A DNA stretch of 63,989 bases, the filler included, from Basidiobolus ranarum (taxonomy: Eukaryota): assembly GCA_040143965.1 (NCBI GenBank). It is 6 parts of 6 records of this genome, joined end to end, with 100 filler letters (N's around TTAATTAATTAA, not from the genome) between each part and the next. Parts side by side here need not be neighbours in the genome. Positions count along the whole stretch, not along the records: positions 32,632 to 43,380 come from JASJQH010007544.1; positions 43,481 to 54,224 come from JASJQH010007545.1; 4 more parts are not named here. One strand, given 5' to 3'. A model generated the notes under the pieces. It had not been told where the DNA came from. It was given only the letters and a program-made list of their open reading frames with translations, and did not search any database. The position numbers and the translations under genes are program-made. Within the stretch, counting starts at the first letter, position 1. Each line of letters opens with the position of its first letter. Positions 37,071 to 50,011 of this stretch are shown here, one piece after another.

Positions 37071-40000
37071 TCATCTCCGAACAAGTGTATCTAGTTCCAC
37101 TTCAGAGTCACTAAAATAATGTCCAGAGTTGGAATCACCTGACATACCACGGTGGAATTCTGGCCTCGAAGGAAGCAATGGATCTTTTACAGGCTTACTG
37201 TGAACAGCCCGAAGAACGTCTTTTTTGGTCAATAGCCCAATTAGTTTTCCGTTGAGCTCAACCAGTATGGCTCGGGGACTGTCGATCAAAAGTAGATTTA
37301 GGATCACTGGATCTCACATAAAACTAGATAATATCAAATACCCCATTTTTTTGAACAAATCCATGGCAGTTTCTAAGGGGAGCTTCGGATGCACCGTAAA
37401 CGGTGTCTTGGATGCACAGAATATGTTACTAAAACCAGCCACCACAGTTAATTAAGCTAGTGTACTTGGGGAATACCTGATCAATCCATGGGCCAAAGTC
37501 GATAAATGACGATGAATTACCCTCAACGGTGGGGGTGTTCTGGTCCTCGGTACTAAAGAAGCAATAAGCAGACGGGCTGATCGCTCTAGTCCTCTTTGCT
37601 TTATCTGCAATAAAACATCAATCTATTTGTTTCAAAGAACGGAACCAAGAACAAACTCAATACCAATGGCATATTTCAGTTCAGAGCGGGATATGAATCC
37701 AGTCAACTTCATGTTTTTGCGATCCTCAACAACCGGAAAGCCACTGTAGCCACATTCGTCCAGTATTTGCTCTACAATATCGAGAAGCTGAGCGGTTAGT
37801 TATATATCAGTTATATATCACGAAAACACCCCCCTGGTTACCAATATTTTCAAGTCTCATGCCAGTGGAGGTAAATACTGTTTGATCTCGAACCATAACT
37901 TGTGACACTATAAGTTCAAGAAGGTCCATATTAGATGTATGTTCTGCAATATGCTCGCTTGTCGGGTCTACCTGAGATACCAAACAGATGGTCTTCTTTG
38001 TCAAGAAAGGGGAAGCCGTTGAGTTTGATCATTTGATCAGCAGTGTTGGAAGTCAAGGATTATGGCACATGAAGATGATAAAATTTGGCATGAATTTTTT
38101 CCAAGAAAAAGGATATATTCCACCAGTCATAAACAGATCTCCAACAGCCTTGGTGACCATTACTGTAATCTATAATAACAAACTTCAATTACCCGTCTGT
38201 AAATGAATTGGTGATTTAGCCAAGCCCTAGCACGTACCATTGTTGGCAAAATATAGTTTAAGGCTCCCGTCAACTCGAACATAATGACAACCAGTGACAC
38301 TGGCCGACGTTTGAAACGTGAGTGTTTTAATTGAGACGTGAGAGTCAGAATGATTTACCTGTCATTTTTGTTACACCACTGTCAATCCAAAGCTGTTAAT
38401 AATATAATCCCAAGATAAATGATTGAATAGTTTCAAGTTACCAAAGTGCTGCAGCTGCACCAAGGAATGAATAAGTACCGGGCGTGATGCACTAGTAAAT
38501 GAAGAACACATTCTGAGTATATATGCTACAGTTGTTGGTAAGTGAGCTTAGTCTTACTGGAACATCAGTCGGACAGGTCGAAAATATAGGCCAGGATGGG
38601 TAATTGCTGAAAAGCAGTGTTATTCAGGCAATAACAAAGATGACTAAGATACACTATACATACTGATGTAAAGCTTGAACGCCCATTCCTACAAAGCGTC
38701 CAAAACAAGCTCCAATTGCCATAGACGGAACAAAAATACCACATGGCACCTTGGGTTTTCTAAAGTTAGCACATAACATACTACGAAGGACCGGAGAAGT
38801 CAATAAGTACGAACTTTAGCACCATAAGATATTATACAAAGACCAATGCGAAGAACTGTAGCCCAAAAAAGCAAATTCATAACACTGGCTGTCTGTGGAC
38901 GTCTGTAAAGAATAGAACGTTACATCGAATCCAACATAGTGTATGAGCTGAATCAAGATTACTTGCAAAGTCCATAATAATCTCCTTCTTCGCATTCTTT
39001 AAATAGAATAGACATCATTTCGCTCATATCAATTCTACAACAATTGAAATAATCAGCTCGGTGGTCAGTACGTACCAAATCAGCGTGAGGGTTTACCTTA
39101 AGAAAATATTGAAGTAGCCGATAACCGCTGTAATAAATGCTAAAAATGTCGCTTCTTGCACACCATAGTCGCGCAAATATTTACGACGGTAAGTTGCAAC
39201 AATCAGGTTCATTTTTGTGAGAAATGCCCCATAAAGTCCCTGTGAAGTTACATTGTATAAGCTCGACTTGGTTGAACATATGGATTGCTAGTTTAAATAC
39301 GGTTGAACTTACTCCAAAAACTCCGAGAAAAATGAACGAAAATATTTCGAAAAATTGCCAGTCGCGATTATACGTCACTTCGAAAATTACGAGTTTGCCA
39401 GTACGGAATGGATTAATGGCCTTAGTGTTTGACATAGGTGATCACTTTAGTATGCTTAAAAGGTGTGCTAACTAATACCGATGCTTACCTGTAACGTAAC
39501 TGTGGCAACAAGTGCGCAGAAAAATGTTCTCCAAAGAGTCTTTAGAGGGAAAAAAGTGCTTATTTCCTACACAAATCAAATCAGGAGATAAGTGACAGAT
39601 CGCTTATTTAACCAACTGATAAGATGTACTACTTCTAGAGAGAATAATACTCCTCCGATAGGTGAACCAAAAGCAACAGCAACACCAGCTGCAGAAGCTG
39701 CTGATAAGATTTCCCTTTTTCTAGCTACAAACTATTGGTTTAACTGAAGACGGAAGAAACATATGAGCTGAGCCACCAACCTTTGTTGTCTTTAAACTTG
39801 CTAAAATTTCTTGATATAACATTTCCAACACAACAGGCAATGTGAACGGCTGGTCCCTCTTTACCAACGCTTATACCCGATGCAACCACCATAGCCTAAC
39901 GTTTGGTGTGTTAATTATCTTGCTACGATTCTTTCACAACATGTTCTTAATATGTAGCTTACCACTCCCAGACTTTTTATAATCAATGTCCATAAACCTA

Positions 40001-41017
40001 AGAAGCCCTTGATAACAAACCCACCTATATGAGAATTGTAAGGCACGATCTAAACAAGTATGAGGCACCACAGAAAGGATCAAACCTAGAATAACTTTGA
40101 TCTCAGAAATTCCGGAACCAGCAGCGTAAGGTGCGTACGATTTCACTAAGAATGCAGCAACAAATGCAAAGAGAGACTGGATATTTGTCTTTAGTTAGAA
40201 TTCATAATATAAAGAGATATTTAGATATTACCGCAAAAAGAATATAAAAGACCAAGTTGATGAAAAGCATATCTCGCGGAAAATTTAATCTCATACTCCA
40301 GTCATACCAATCGTCACAAGATCCAACTGTACAAGTTAGAATAAGTTATATTATTAGGCATCGCCAAGTATATGATAATATAGCTTACTTTCATTTTCCA
40401 CTTCCCAGCAACAGAACTTTTGATTAAGCCACCATCCCGTGGAGCAATATCCCAACTTGACGTCGCTTAACCACTCTGAAATAATATTAATGAGAGCTGC
40501 GTTCAAACCGACGGTACATCCTGGAACAATGAATACACGGTAATATCAAATTTTACCGTTGAAAACAAGTCAGCACCGATAATTGGCAGAATGAGTTTGT
40601 TATTACGTTTTCTCTCTATACACATACCAACAAGTAAAGCTACTATCCACGCTTGACCAGCTTCATAAGAAAGCCATAACCAAGATTTCCAAGAACTATC
40701 CAAACTATTCATCAATTTATGTCGACGAGAACGCTCCATATTAGCATCTTGTATCCAGTCTGAAGGGCGTGGATTAGTTATCAATACGTCTAAAAATTCT
40801 TCTAAACATTCATACCAACTGTAGCAAAGTCCTCATAGCGAGATATGGCCTCAATAGCCTCATCGTCTTCTGGCTCTCGGGATAGAGTGGTTGGATTCAA
40901 GCCACTTGAACTATTTCTAATTTGAGGTCAGCTTGTAAATAGACAGTACATTGTCTCAAAGGAGTACCAAGATGTTATTTGCAAATTCCTATGATATACG
41001 TACTCATTGGACTCCAT
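37071..41017 (-). CDS. GEF1: CLC chloride/proton antiporter (ClC-3/Gef1-like) with CBS domains, many short introns
   Basis: [18 protein letters not shown] (gating Glu), [51 protein letters not shown]-terminal CBS (GLLTKKDVL). Start at 41017 tentative. Confidence 0.9.
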
Positions 41018-41476
41018 TTCGAATTAAAATAGTTCTCACTTTCTAGACAAGCCTAATAGTAAGCCAAACAGTAGTTGAATGAAATTGAAGGTAGACTAAT
41101 GGTAAAACATACCGTTTTTACTCATTAAGTTTGCTAACTATAATGTCAGATGAATTTAGACAGTAAATTTAATCAGATTAACTAACTTTTTGAATAATTC
41201 TTGTGACCTGCTTCGTTGAGCCGTGTTGCTATGTTGCATGCATAAATGCTGATGGAACAGCTAACCCCTCAATTTTCAACATATTTAAACAGGCTGATCA
41301 GTGCTCTTCAGGCTATTTCTCCTCCATTGTTCAAAATCAAAGCTATATCAGATATTACTTGATTTAAATCAACTTTTTTTTTGGCGAATGAGAGTTTGGG
41401 TCATCACTACAGACAAAATATCACCTATTACTCTTATTCCCTTAATATCTTCTTTCTATTCATAGTTATTGTAAAG

Positions 41477-43380
41477 ATGACTGAAGAGTATAACCCAGAC
41501 TCCGCTCCATACGACCCAGAAGATTTTTCGTATGGAGGAGGTGATTACCGTTCTTTTGATGATATAAACTACGAAGATGACCACCAAGGCGGTCAAGATG
41601 AAGGTATGCTTTCAATTTTTTTGGATCTATATTTGTAGTTTTTAACTTTTGTATAGGTCACAATAATCACTTGGATTCTCATGGGTAATATTAGCTAGTA
41701 CAGTAGAAATAGCCTTAACACTCTGAGGACTTACTTCATCGTTAATCTAGGCAACGTCAATTTTCACCTTCTGAATACCATGACCATGACCGTGAAGATG
41801 AGTTTCCATTTGGATCAAAACTCTTCATCGGAAATTTAGCTTCAGAAAGAACGTCTAAACACGAACTTCACAAGATATTTTCAGTTTATGGCGAAATAGT
41901 CGACATCATGATCAAAAGATCTTTTGGAACTGTTCAGTTTGCGACTACAGAGGCTTGTAACGATGCAATTTCAAATGAAAATGGCAGACCCATACAAGGG
42001 TTAAGAATTGGTTGGTAGTTATGTGCATACATCATGGATGTAACTATTTTGCTTAAATTCCTCTTTAACCTAGACTTAAGAATATTTGAACCACACCGTC
42101 GACCCGGAAGACACGATGATCGCCGAGGTGGACATTCCTCTAGAAGAGGTGGGTTTGATGGTCCTTCATTCCGGGGAAGAGGTAGAGGTAGAGGAACTCG
42201 TGCCAGAGGCCGTGGTGGAAGAGCAAGAGGTAGGGGTCGAGGTTTCGACCAACCCCCCTACTATAAAGATCGCTATGAAGACCACGGTTCTAATTACGAT
42301 TCCAAACCTTTCAGAGGTAGGGGTGGGCCAGGACGTGGGCGTGATAGCTATAGGCAGCGACCTTATGACAGAGATTATGACCCACGTCATTATCGTGGAG
42401 AAGATAGACCTTATGGTCGAGAGCCCTATCATGAGGAGTATGAAGATTCATCTCATGACGGCGGTTATCAGCATTATCCTCGTCAAGACCCTTCTTTTCA
42501 TTCTGGATATTCTGACTCATCATATAATCCTCAAAGCCGGCCACCTACAGGTCCTGCTGCTTCAGCAGGTCCCCCTGGTGCTCACCCAGAAGGTGGCTCA
42601 GAGGAATCTGAGTTTCTACTTCCTAGGCGTTATGGCGATCAGATACCATTCTGCCAAATTATCGTTTTAGACCAGATTGATAGGTATATACACTATTTAT
42701 TCTGTATATTAATAACTTGAATCACTTATTTATTGTATTTAACCTGTTATAGACAGTTCATTTGGCACGTGGAGAATAGCCTTCGTGGAAGCTCTATATC
42801 CGTCGACACGTTGTTTATTTCGCCAAAAATATCACTTAGATCGGTGATTCGACAAATGATACTAGAAGGGGTACACGCTGTAATTTTTATCGAGAAGCAG
42901 CATCAAGTAATGCAGAAGGTTTCGCTCCAGGTTTTCGATCAAAAATCTAGAGTGGGAGATAATGTTAAATTTGATGGTAATAGCTATACCTAGTCTTCAT
43001 AATGCTTTGTAAAATTGATTTGTCAGTATAACTCAACTTTTCATTATTGTCAATTTAGCTTATGACAATGTTAGTGTTGATGAGGCTTTAGCCGTTATGA
43101 TGCGTCATAAAGAGACACTCAGTGGGCAAGCTGGTCCAAAGAATCCGCAGGAAAGTCAGCCTGCCTCCGGCCACTCCACAGCAGAAAGCGCTGGACAATA
43201 TCCTCCCTCACAACCACAACAACCAATGCAACAACTACCATCAGCGCAGCCAACACAGCCCCAAAATCCTATACAGAATCTTGCGGGTAATGCGCTCTTA
43301 AATCCTTTACTTGGAACTGGTGGAAATATTGATTTCGGTGCCATTGCTAGTCTTTTGCAGACATTACAACAGCAACAGCA
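41477..43380 (+). CDS. Nab3-like RRM protein with RGG region and NCOA5-like domain, 3'-truncated
   Basis: SKLFIGNLASERTSKHELHKIFSVYGEIVDIMIKRSFGTVQF (Nab3-type RRM), RGRG tract, LPRRYGDQIPFCQIIVLDQIDRQFIWHVE...QMILEGVHAVIFI, Q/P-rich tail running into the linker. Confidence 0.8.
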
Positions 43381-43480
43381 NNNNNNNNNNNNNNNNNNNN
43401 NNNNNNNNNNNNNNNNNNNNNNNNTTAATTAATTAANNNNNNNNNNNNNNNNNNNNNNNNNNNNNNNNNNNNNNNNNNNN
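43381..43480. other. Artificial contig linker
   Basis: N44-TTAATTAATTAA-N44. Confidence 0.99.
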
Positions 43481-43489
43481 ATTACAACA

Positions 43490-44161
43490 ATGGCCAAAGG
43501 CCTCAGCACTCGTCGCTGCTGTGGCTTCGTGCATCTTCGCACTGGCTGGCTCATCGTTACTTCCTATCAAATGGTACAATCTACATGTATTCTTACTACT
43601 GCTACAGTAAACTCATACTGACTCGTTGTCCTTTAGATTGGGGGCCTACTTTTAACTATAATGGCTATAATTCTGGTGGGTATTCTACGGTCCACTCAAA
43701 CTACATCTTTTGAGGGCTACAGCACACAGAGTATCCAAATGGCCTCCTATATTTTGCTTGGAATATCTATAATCAGTGCCATTGTCGGTTTGTTAGGTGT
43801 TGTGGGCACCTACAAGGTATGTAGATGAGACTCTAAATATCAAAAGTAGCTCGAATCTAACTATTATTCAGAGTAAACCAGGGGTACTTCTCGCCTACCT
43901 GATAATCGACGCTGTATGCATTGCTGGATGGTTTGTTGGAGTTATTGCAACATTCCGGGATCGTAATGCACTCTGGGGCATCCAGTTCAGCGTAATGGTA
44001 AGCAATCCGACAATGCTTGGTCATTGTAAATGATGTTGATACTAAAGACATTCTTCCTGTAGCTTCTATTACAAATCTATTTCTTCCTGCCTGTCCATCA
44101 GTATCGCCGAGAAATCTTGAACATCTCCAAATATGTGTGCGAGATTACTCTGAAATGCTAA
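43490..44161 (+). CDS. Small four-TM membrane protein, LAPTM/tetraspanin-like, 4 exons
   Basis: Splicing three phase-0 GT-AG introns gives MAKGLSTRRCCGFVHLRTGWLIVTSYQM|IGGLLLTIMAIILVGIL...AIVGLLGVVGTYK|SKPGVLLAYLIIDAVCIAGWFVGV...FSVM|LLLQIYFFLPVHQYRRE...LKC*. Confidence 0.8.
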
Positions 44162-46240
44162 TCGGCCAGTTGCACATACTAAACTCCATTATTATTATGC
44201 CTCCAAAACATCCTTTTCATGTAAAATACTGCTTTGTCCACTCCAAACCCGCATTAATTTCCAATAAATATTGGTTTCACTATTTCTCTGATCACCGTGA
44301 TTCTTGTGGAAATTCGTTTCACCTCTGATACGCTACATCAGATTGAGCCTCTCAGCGGTGGCGAATCACCATCCACTTCCACACTTAATTCATTCTCTTC
44401 GTCTGTCCCATAAGTCATCATTATCTAAAACAAGTAGCTTATTTTCTGGGTTATAACCTTGGTCGGATCTAGTTATGGTCTAAGCAACTTCTCCCAGAAT
44501 TTAGCGAGTCAGGTTCTCAACGATTTTCCGTGAATCATGAGCTAGGCAAGTTTCAATCAATGAACTTGGAATCCCCATATATTACTCCAATCCCAAACCT
44601 CATTCAAGGATTCATAAATGACAAATTGGGGATTTTCAATTACAATCTTCAAGACAATTAACACACGATAGTAACGAATAACCAGACGGAAGCTTTGTGG
44701 CACTGAATTTACCTCCAGTTGAAACCGAATCATCCAACGGTGTGGTTGCTCTCATGGGTCGTTATGTTCCAATAGAAATGGGTACGAATACTTTTCATCG
44801 ACTTGGATATTGTGTGCTAAATGCAGTTAAATCATTAAGCACCTCCTTTTCAATGGGATATGGCTGATATCTAGTGGAATGGTGCCACTTAGGCTCAGAA
44901 TATTTACCCATATGTTTAAAGTTGGGCGAATATTTGAGTGGCTGCGAAACTCCTAGATGAGATTATAATGGATCGAGCTGCTGGATAATCCCATAAATGT
45001 ATCATTAGAGGTGCAGTGTGATAACTGGCTGTAATGATGACCAAATGGTCTAGTAATTATGATTCTCATGCTTTCATCCCCCAAGAGTGAGGTGGATTTT
45101 GTGCAAGTACTCTATGCACAAGGCCACTATGAGGTAAGACATGATTTTAAATTACTGGACATTGGCTATGAAACCTGGTGAGAGTTTTCCGAGTTAGTTG
45201 TGTGTCGAAATACACATAGGTAGGGGTTTTTTCATTACTCCATAAGAATCTCATCGCATCCTTTATCACCATATATACCAACACTGGCTTTAGATGAAAC
45301 ATGGAGGTGGCAGGAGAAGCACTTCGGTATGTGAATACTGTGCCAAAGTAAGAGTGGACCAAGACTTTATTGAGCTAAGATGAGCTGGATGAAATGTAAT
45401 CTACACTACAAACTAGTTCAACATATAAAGTACTTTCTGATCTTGGCATATTTTGCAAACATTTCTTTATTTCTTTGGCATCCTTCACCAATTGCAGATA
45501 ATCTAAAAGTAGCTAGTACCAGGACTTGTACCACTCAAATACTTGAGAACTATCAGATTTGTTGCAAATTTTCAGTCAGTTTATTGGTACCAAACAGACA
45601 AAGTCTAGTCATCTATACATTTAGTTACTATGCTAGTAGCACCTCTATTGTAGTTGAGTTTTTACAACTCTATACAAAAAATCTCTTTGAATTTTCGTTT
45701 TCAAGAACTACATTCTTCCTATACATTCTACTTGAATATGGAAACTCCAATTCTGACTGCTATGAATAATGTATTCTAATCGAAGTTTTCTTGCAGTCGT
45801 ATTCGGCCAAACTAAAGATATGATCGTGTGTTAGTCACATTATTGGAAATAAACTAGTTTCTTGGGTATTCACTATCAACTCAAGTGACAATTGATATAT
45901 ATTGCAGGGCCAAAGTATAATTAATAGGTTGTATGACACAATCACATGTTTCCGAGCATGAAGTGTGCAATATCACTACCAACTTTGGGAGGGAATAATG
46001 CATCCATGTCCGATTCTCCACCATCAGAAGATCCTCCTAACATGTGTCCAAAAATACCGGTTCTTGGTGAGTTTTCCTTGAGGTTAAGGATTGGTGAAAT
46101 GAAAGTATGATGCCCATTAATGCATCTAATAGAGTTGGTTCTATTGTGACTATATCAAAATAAATGAGATGGATGAGAATTTATTCATCATTAAACCCAT
46201 AAATCCATAAAGTTGGGAATATCCCGGAACGAGTTCAGTA

Positions 46241-47989
46241 TCAAGTACGCTTCATAACTAGTTTTAGCACCTGATTCTGAGTAACCTGGCCTGTATAGGT
46301 AATTAATAGTTTACTTCCCTCTTGTCTCCACATGATAACATTTTCTGGAACTGTCGAGATGGTATATCCATTGGGATAATTGATTCGCTTCGAAAAGTTG
46401 ATCTCGGTGGGTGCCATGATCTTTGGATTGGCAACCCATTCTAGTGTAAATGATCCATTGGAATCATCAAAATGCATGGATTTGGCAATACCAGCTACGG
46501 CCGAGGCGTAAGTACGAGCATTCAATGGTTCCATATCAGGGCGAACTTCCCCACTGACAGAATCGAATAACGAGGACCCAGCATTGCCGTCATGTTCAAA
46601 TGATTTATACACCCATCCAGTCCAAGAATGAAGGAATTGATCCGAAACTTGAACTGAATGGAGTATGTCATCGCGTTGAGCCTGATTACCATGCCACATG
46701 GTGAACTCAGTTAGCATTCCCCCACAACTCAAACGATTCATATCCTTGACTCGGTTTTTATATGTCTCCTCAATAGAGACCAATTGAGGTGGCTTGTAGT
46801 AATGCCAAGAGAGTACAGTTTTCTCTGCGTTTGCTGCACCCCCTGGGACATTATTGAATCCTGAAAGAATATTCCAAGTAACTCCTTCGAAGAATATCAG
46901 CGTTTCATTATCAACTTTACGAATTTCCTGGTTGCATTTGTTCCACAATGGTTCAAGGACCTTTTTATCAGCAACCCCTGGGACCAACAGAGTAGGATCT
47001 GCCCAGGTGTCTCCAGCCCAAGGTTCTGTATTATATCCAGAACTATTGATCAGTTTAATATCAACAGAAAAAATCTTGCAAATCTTACCATTCATCAAGT
47101 TATATCCTAAAATATTGGAGTATTTTCCAAATTCTATTGCCAATTTCTTCCAGTAAGCGGCGAATGAATCTCCTAAACCATCATAATTGTTGTATAATCT
47201 GGAAAAGGGACTTTAGTTAATATGATCAACAAGAACCAAGAAAAATTCAATTATGCACCTTCCAAATGCATTTCCCACGGCCATCGTAAGGTAGCTCAAG
47301 TCCCATCGAATGGTACCACATTGACCAGGTAAGGGAATACCTCTCGCATCTGTTTTGAACGGTTGAAGCTTCTGTGGGAAAGGAAACTTTTTGATTCGTG
47401 AAACCCAGTCAGGCTTAGCAAACCACTGCGAAAGAGATCAGTTAATAGTGTTTCCAGCTCTCGCATCGAAGGAAAATACTTACTTCTGGTGCCCCTTCAC
47501 CACAAAACTGTGGAGCAAGTACATCTTGATGCATATCAATAAGAACATAGATGTTGTACTTGGCACAAAATTGTATAATCTTATGAGCTACATCAATATA
47601 CTTTTGATCGTAAACACCGCGAACTGGCTCAACACCAGCCCAGAGAACACCTTTTCAATTAAAGTTTATAAATAAATGTCTGACAATAAAGCATACTCGA
47701 AATATTTCCTACCAAGACGTATAGAGTTGATTCCTAATTCAGAGAGTAGCCGTGCATCCTCCTCACTAAAGGATTTAGCCGCGTCAAAGTGATCAATGAC
47801 GGGATGGTAAGGAGGATCCTTAAAGACAACATTAGTTCCATGGAAGAAACGAGCACGACCGGCGCTATCAATAAATTGATGAGTAGCTTTGTCGGACTTT
47901 ACAACACGATAGTTCTCAATCGCATTGGCGCGTTGGAATACGCTACAGGCAAGTATTGTCGTTAGCAGTAGTTTGGATAGGAGGCTCAT
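46241..47989 (-). CDS. Secreted GH5 endoglycoceramidase-like glycoside hydrolase, multi-exon
   Basis: Signal peptide MSLLSKLLLTTILACSVFQRANA; FIDSAGRARFFHGTNVVFK, LIDMHQDVL, LGYNLMN|EPWAGD (acid/base NEP), MLTEF (nucleophile), RTYASAVAG, GH5 C-terminal beta-sandwich. Confidence 0.88.
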
Positions 47990-49117
47990 GTGAGAAACTG
48001 AAAGAACGGTTTGTAGGTAGCTCCAAGCTCTGGATGTACGCTTTTATGCTCAAAGAACTCCTACTTATTTCCCACGTGCGGAAGATGCTGGACCTCTTGT
48101 AATGCGGTATTAGCAAAGCGAGCAAGTTTAAAGAGATGCTGCAGCTATAAAAAAGCCAAAGCGGCCAGGATCATCCAGAAATGCCCCAAGAATGAACTCG
48201 TACACCACAGTAAAGTTACATAATATCATGTCAAACCACTATCCAACGGTAATCATAGGTTCCCTTCTAGGCCGTACATATTGGTTGAGGTAATTCTCTC
48301 TTTAACATTCCATATTTAGTGTGGAATGACTTCTTGGGGAACATCAACGTTTTTGTGATAGTTGCATAAAGATGTTACAATTTGCATAAACTAGCACATT
48401 GTTGTAAGTACTTGGGGTGGATTACCAGCGTTGAGGATAATTTGAAATGAACACAGGCACCTATACATATGTTGAAAATAGAGAAAAATAGCAATAAGGA
48501 TACGTGGCTATAGTACTAGGGACGTCTGGAGAAAATTGGAGAGTTTTGCACAAGTTTGAAAATTTTGTCCTCTCTCAACATTTCTGGGATATATATCTGT
48601 TATAGCTTACAAGATGTTCAGTAAATGGAAGTTAAACAGGGTATTTGAATATCTTGGTGCCCAATTCTATTTAGCTTATCTTCTAATCCAGAATAATATT
48701 ACAACATACATCGCTTTGAATTTGTGAAAAATGACATATCAACATTTTGGTGCTTGATTCTGATATCTCAGCATAGGAGTAGACAAATTGGCCCTTACAG
48801 AGATTCTTCATAAGTACTTGTGATTTTAATAGATTTACGAAAACGCTACTCATGCATTCATCATATAATATAAGCACCTGATGAGTAATAGATGCTGCCC
48901 TCATCTACACATCAATGTGCTGAAAACCAAATTGAAGTGTTCATTCCATGTAGCAGAGCCATCCTTTCATCTACATATTATTGTTGCTATTCTATAATCA
49001 AAAGAACTTCAAAACCTGATGATGCTATATTTAGTTATTACACCAATCACACATAAAAGGCCTTTGCACCAAATCACTCGCAGAATTATAGACCTGTGAT
49101 ATATTTTACATGGGTAG

Positions 49118-50011
49118 ATGTTTCAAATACAACATGTGAGTAAGTCAACTAATTTTATACCTAATTCTATGCATCTGAGTAAAGATTCTCTGCAGAAGAA
49201 AGCCATTCAATATGTGGCTTCGAAGACTCAGAGTGGGGTACCAGTAGACCGAGATATCCGAATAACAGTTCACTTTCATCCAGACACACTATATCAAGGT
49301 CGCTTCTTGATAGAGGAGTTAGCCGATAGAGGTGAGTACCTATCTCAATTTGAAACGGGTACAAGCAATGGCGGCTTGACTGCTATAGTCGGCGGAGAGA
49401 GATGGCAGTGGGAAAGTTGCATCTTTGGAGGTATATACGATTCCGCTCCTGCCTTAGAACGTCCAAAATATGGTTCGCTAAACTTTAGGAAACGTAGCCT
49501 TGGGGGTTCTCCTCGTTTCGGCTCAGCTTTTTTTCAACTTAAAGAAGCTACTCTTGACCGAGCGACCTTTTGTTACCCTGATAGTTATTATTCCCCAGAA
49601 AATTTTTCTGTGGCTCAGAGTTCGTATCTCATAGATATAGCAAGAGCAGATCGTAAGGATATCCTTGATGACTACATTGAAGCACAAATTCATGGCCCAT
49701 TGTCGATTGCTAATGATGTTGAAATCCTGGTACTTGACCCTTGCTATAAAAATACAAGAGTAGAAGAGGTGGCGAGCCAATTGCCTTGCAAAGTTGAATG
49801 GCATTCAGGTTTCATTTTGTTGTCAGAAGTGATTGTTCAACATCAAAATTATCGCGGTGAAGAGTACGTACAACTTGGTTTAGCATTAATGAAAGATGGA
49901 ATGTTAACTGCAAAAGACATTGGTGAAGCAGCCGCTACAGGAAAATACAGCGCCCAAGATTTAAAAAAAGTATGGCACTATGTCGCCCGATGGGGTGGAA
50001 ATTACTCTTAA
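49118..50011 (+). CDS. DUF3626-family protein, intronless, bacterial-type
   Basis: ITVHFHPD, YLSQFETGTSNGGLTA..GGERW.WE, ERPKYGSLN, GGSPRFGS, RATFCYPDS, LDDYIEAQIHG, LVLDP, LKKVWHY, recognised from memory of DUF3626. True start may be the later Met (MHLSK, ~49169). Confidence 0.8.
   Translation: MFQIQHVSKSTNFIPNSMHLSKDSLQKKAIQYVASKTQSGVPVDRDIRITVHFHPDTLYQGRFLIEELADRGEYLSQFETGTSNGGLTAIVGGERWQWESCIFGGIYDSAPALERPKYGSLNFRKRSLGGSPRFGSAFFQLKEATLDRATFCYPDSYYSPENFSVAQSSYLIDIARADRKDILDDYIEAQIHGPLSIANDVEILVLDPCYKNTRVEEVASQLPCKVEWHSGFILLSEVIVQHQNYRGEEYVQLGLALMKDGMLTAKDIGEAAATGKYSAQDLKKVWHYVARWGGNYS

Noticed and set aside
40100-40125. GSGISE instead of GSGIPE in the CLC selectivity motif
   Set aside because: GSGISE is common in fungal Gef1-type CLCs; the central Ser and gating Glu are intact.
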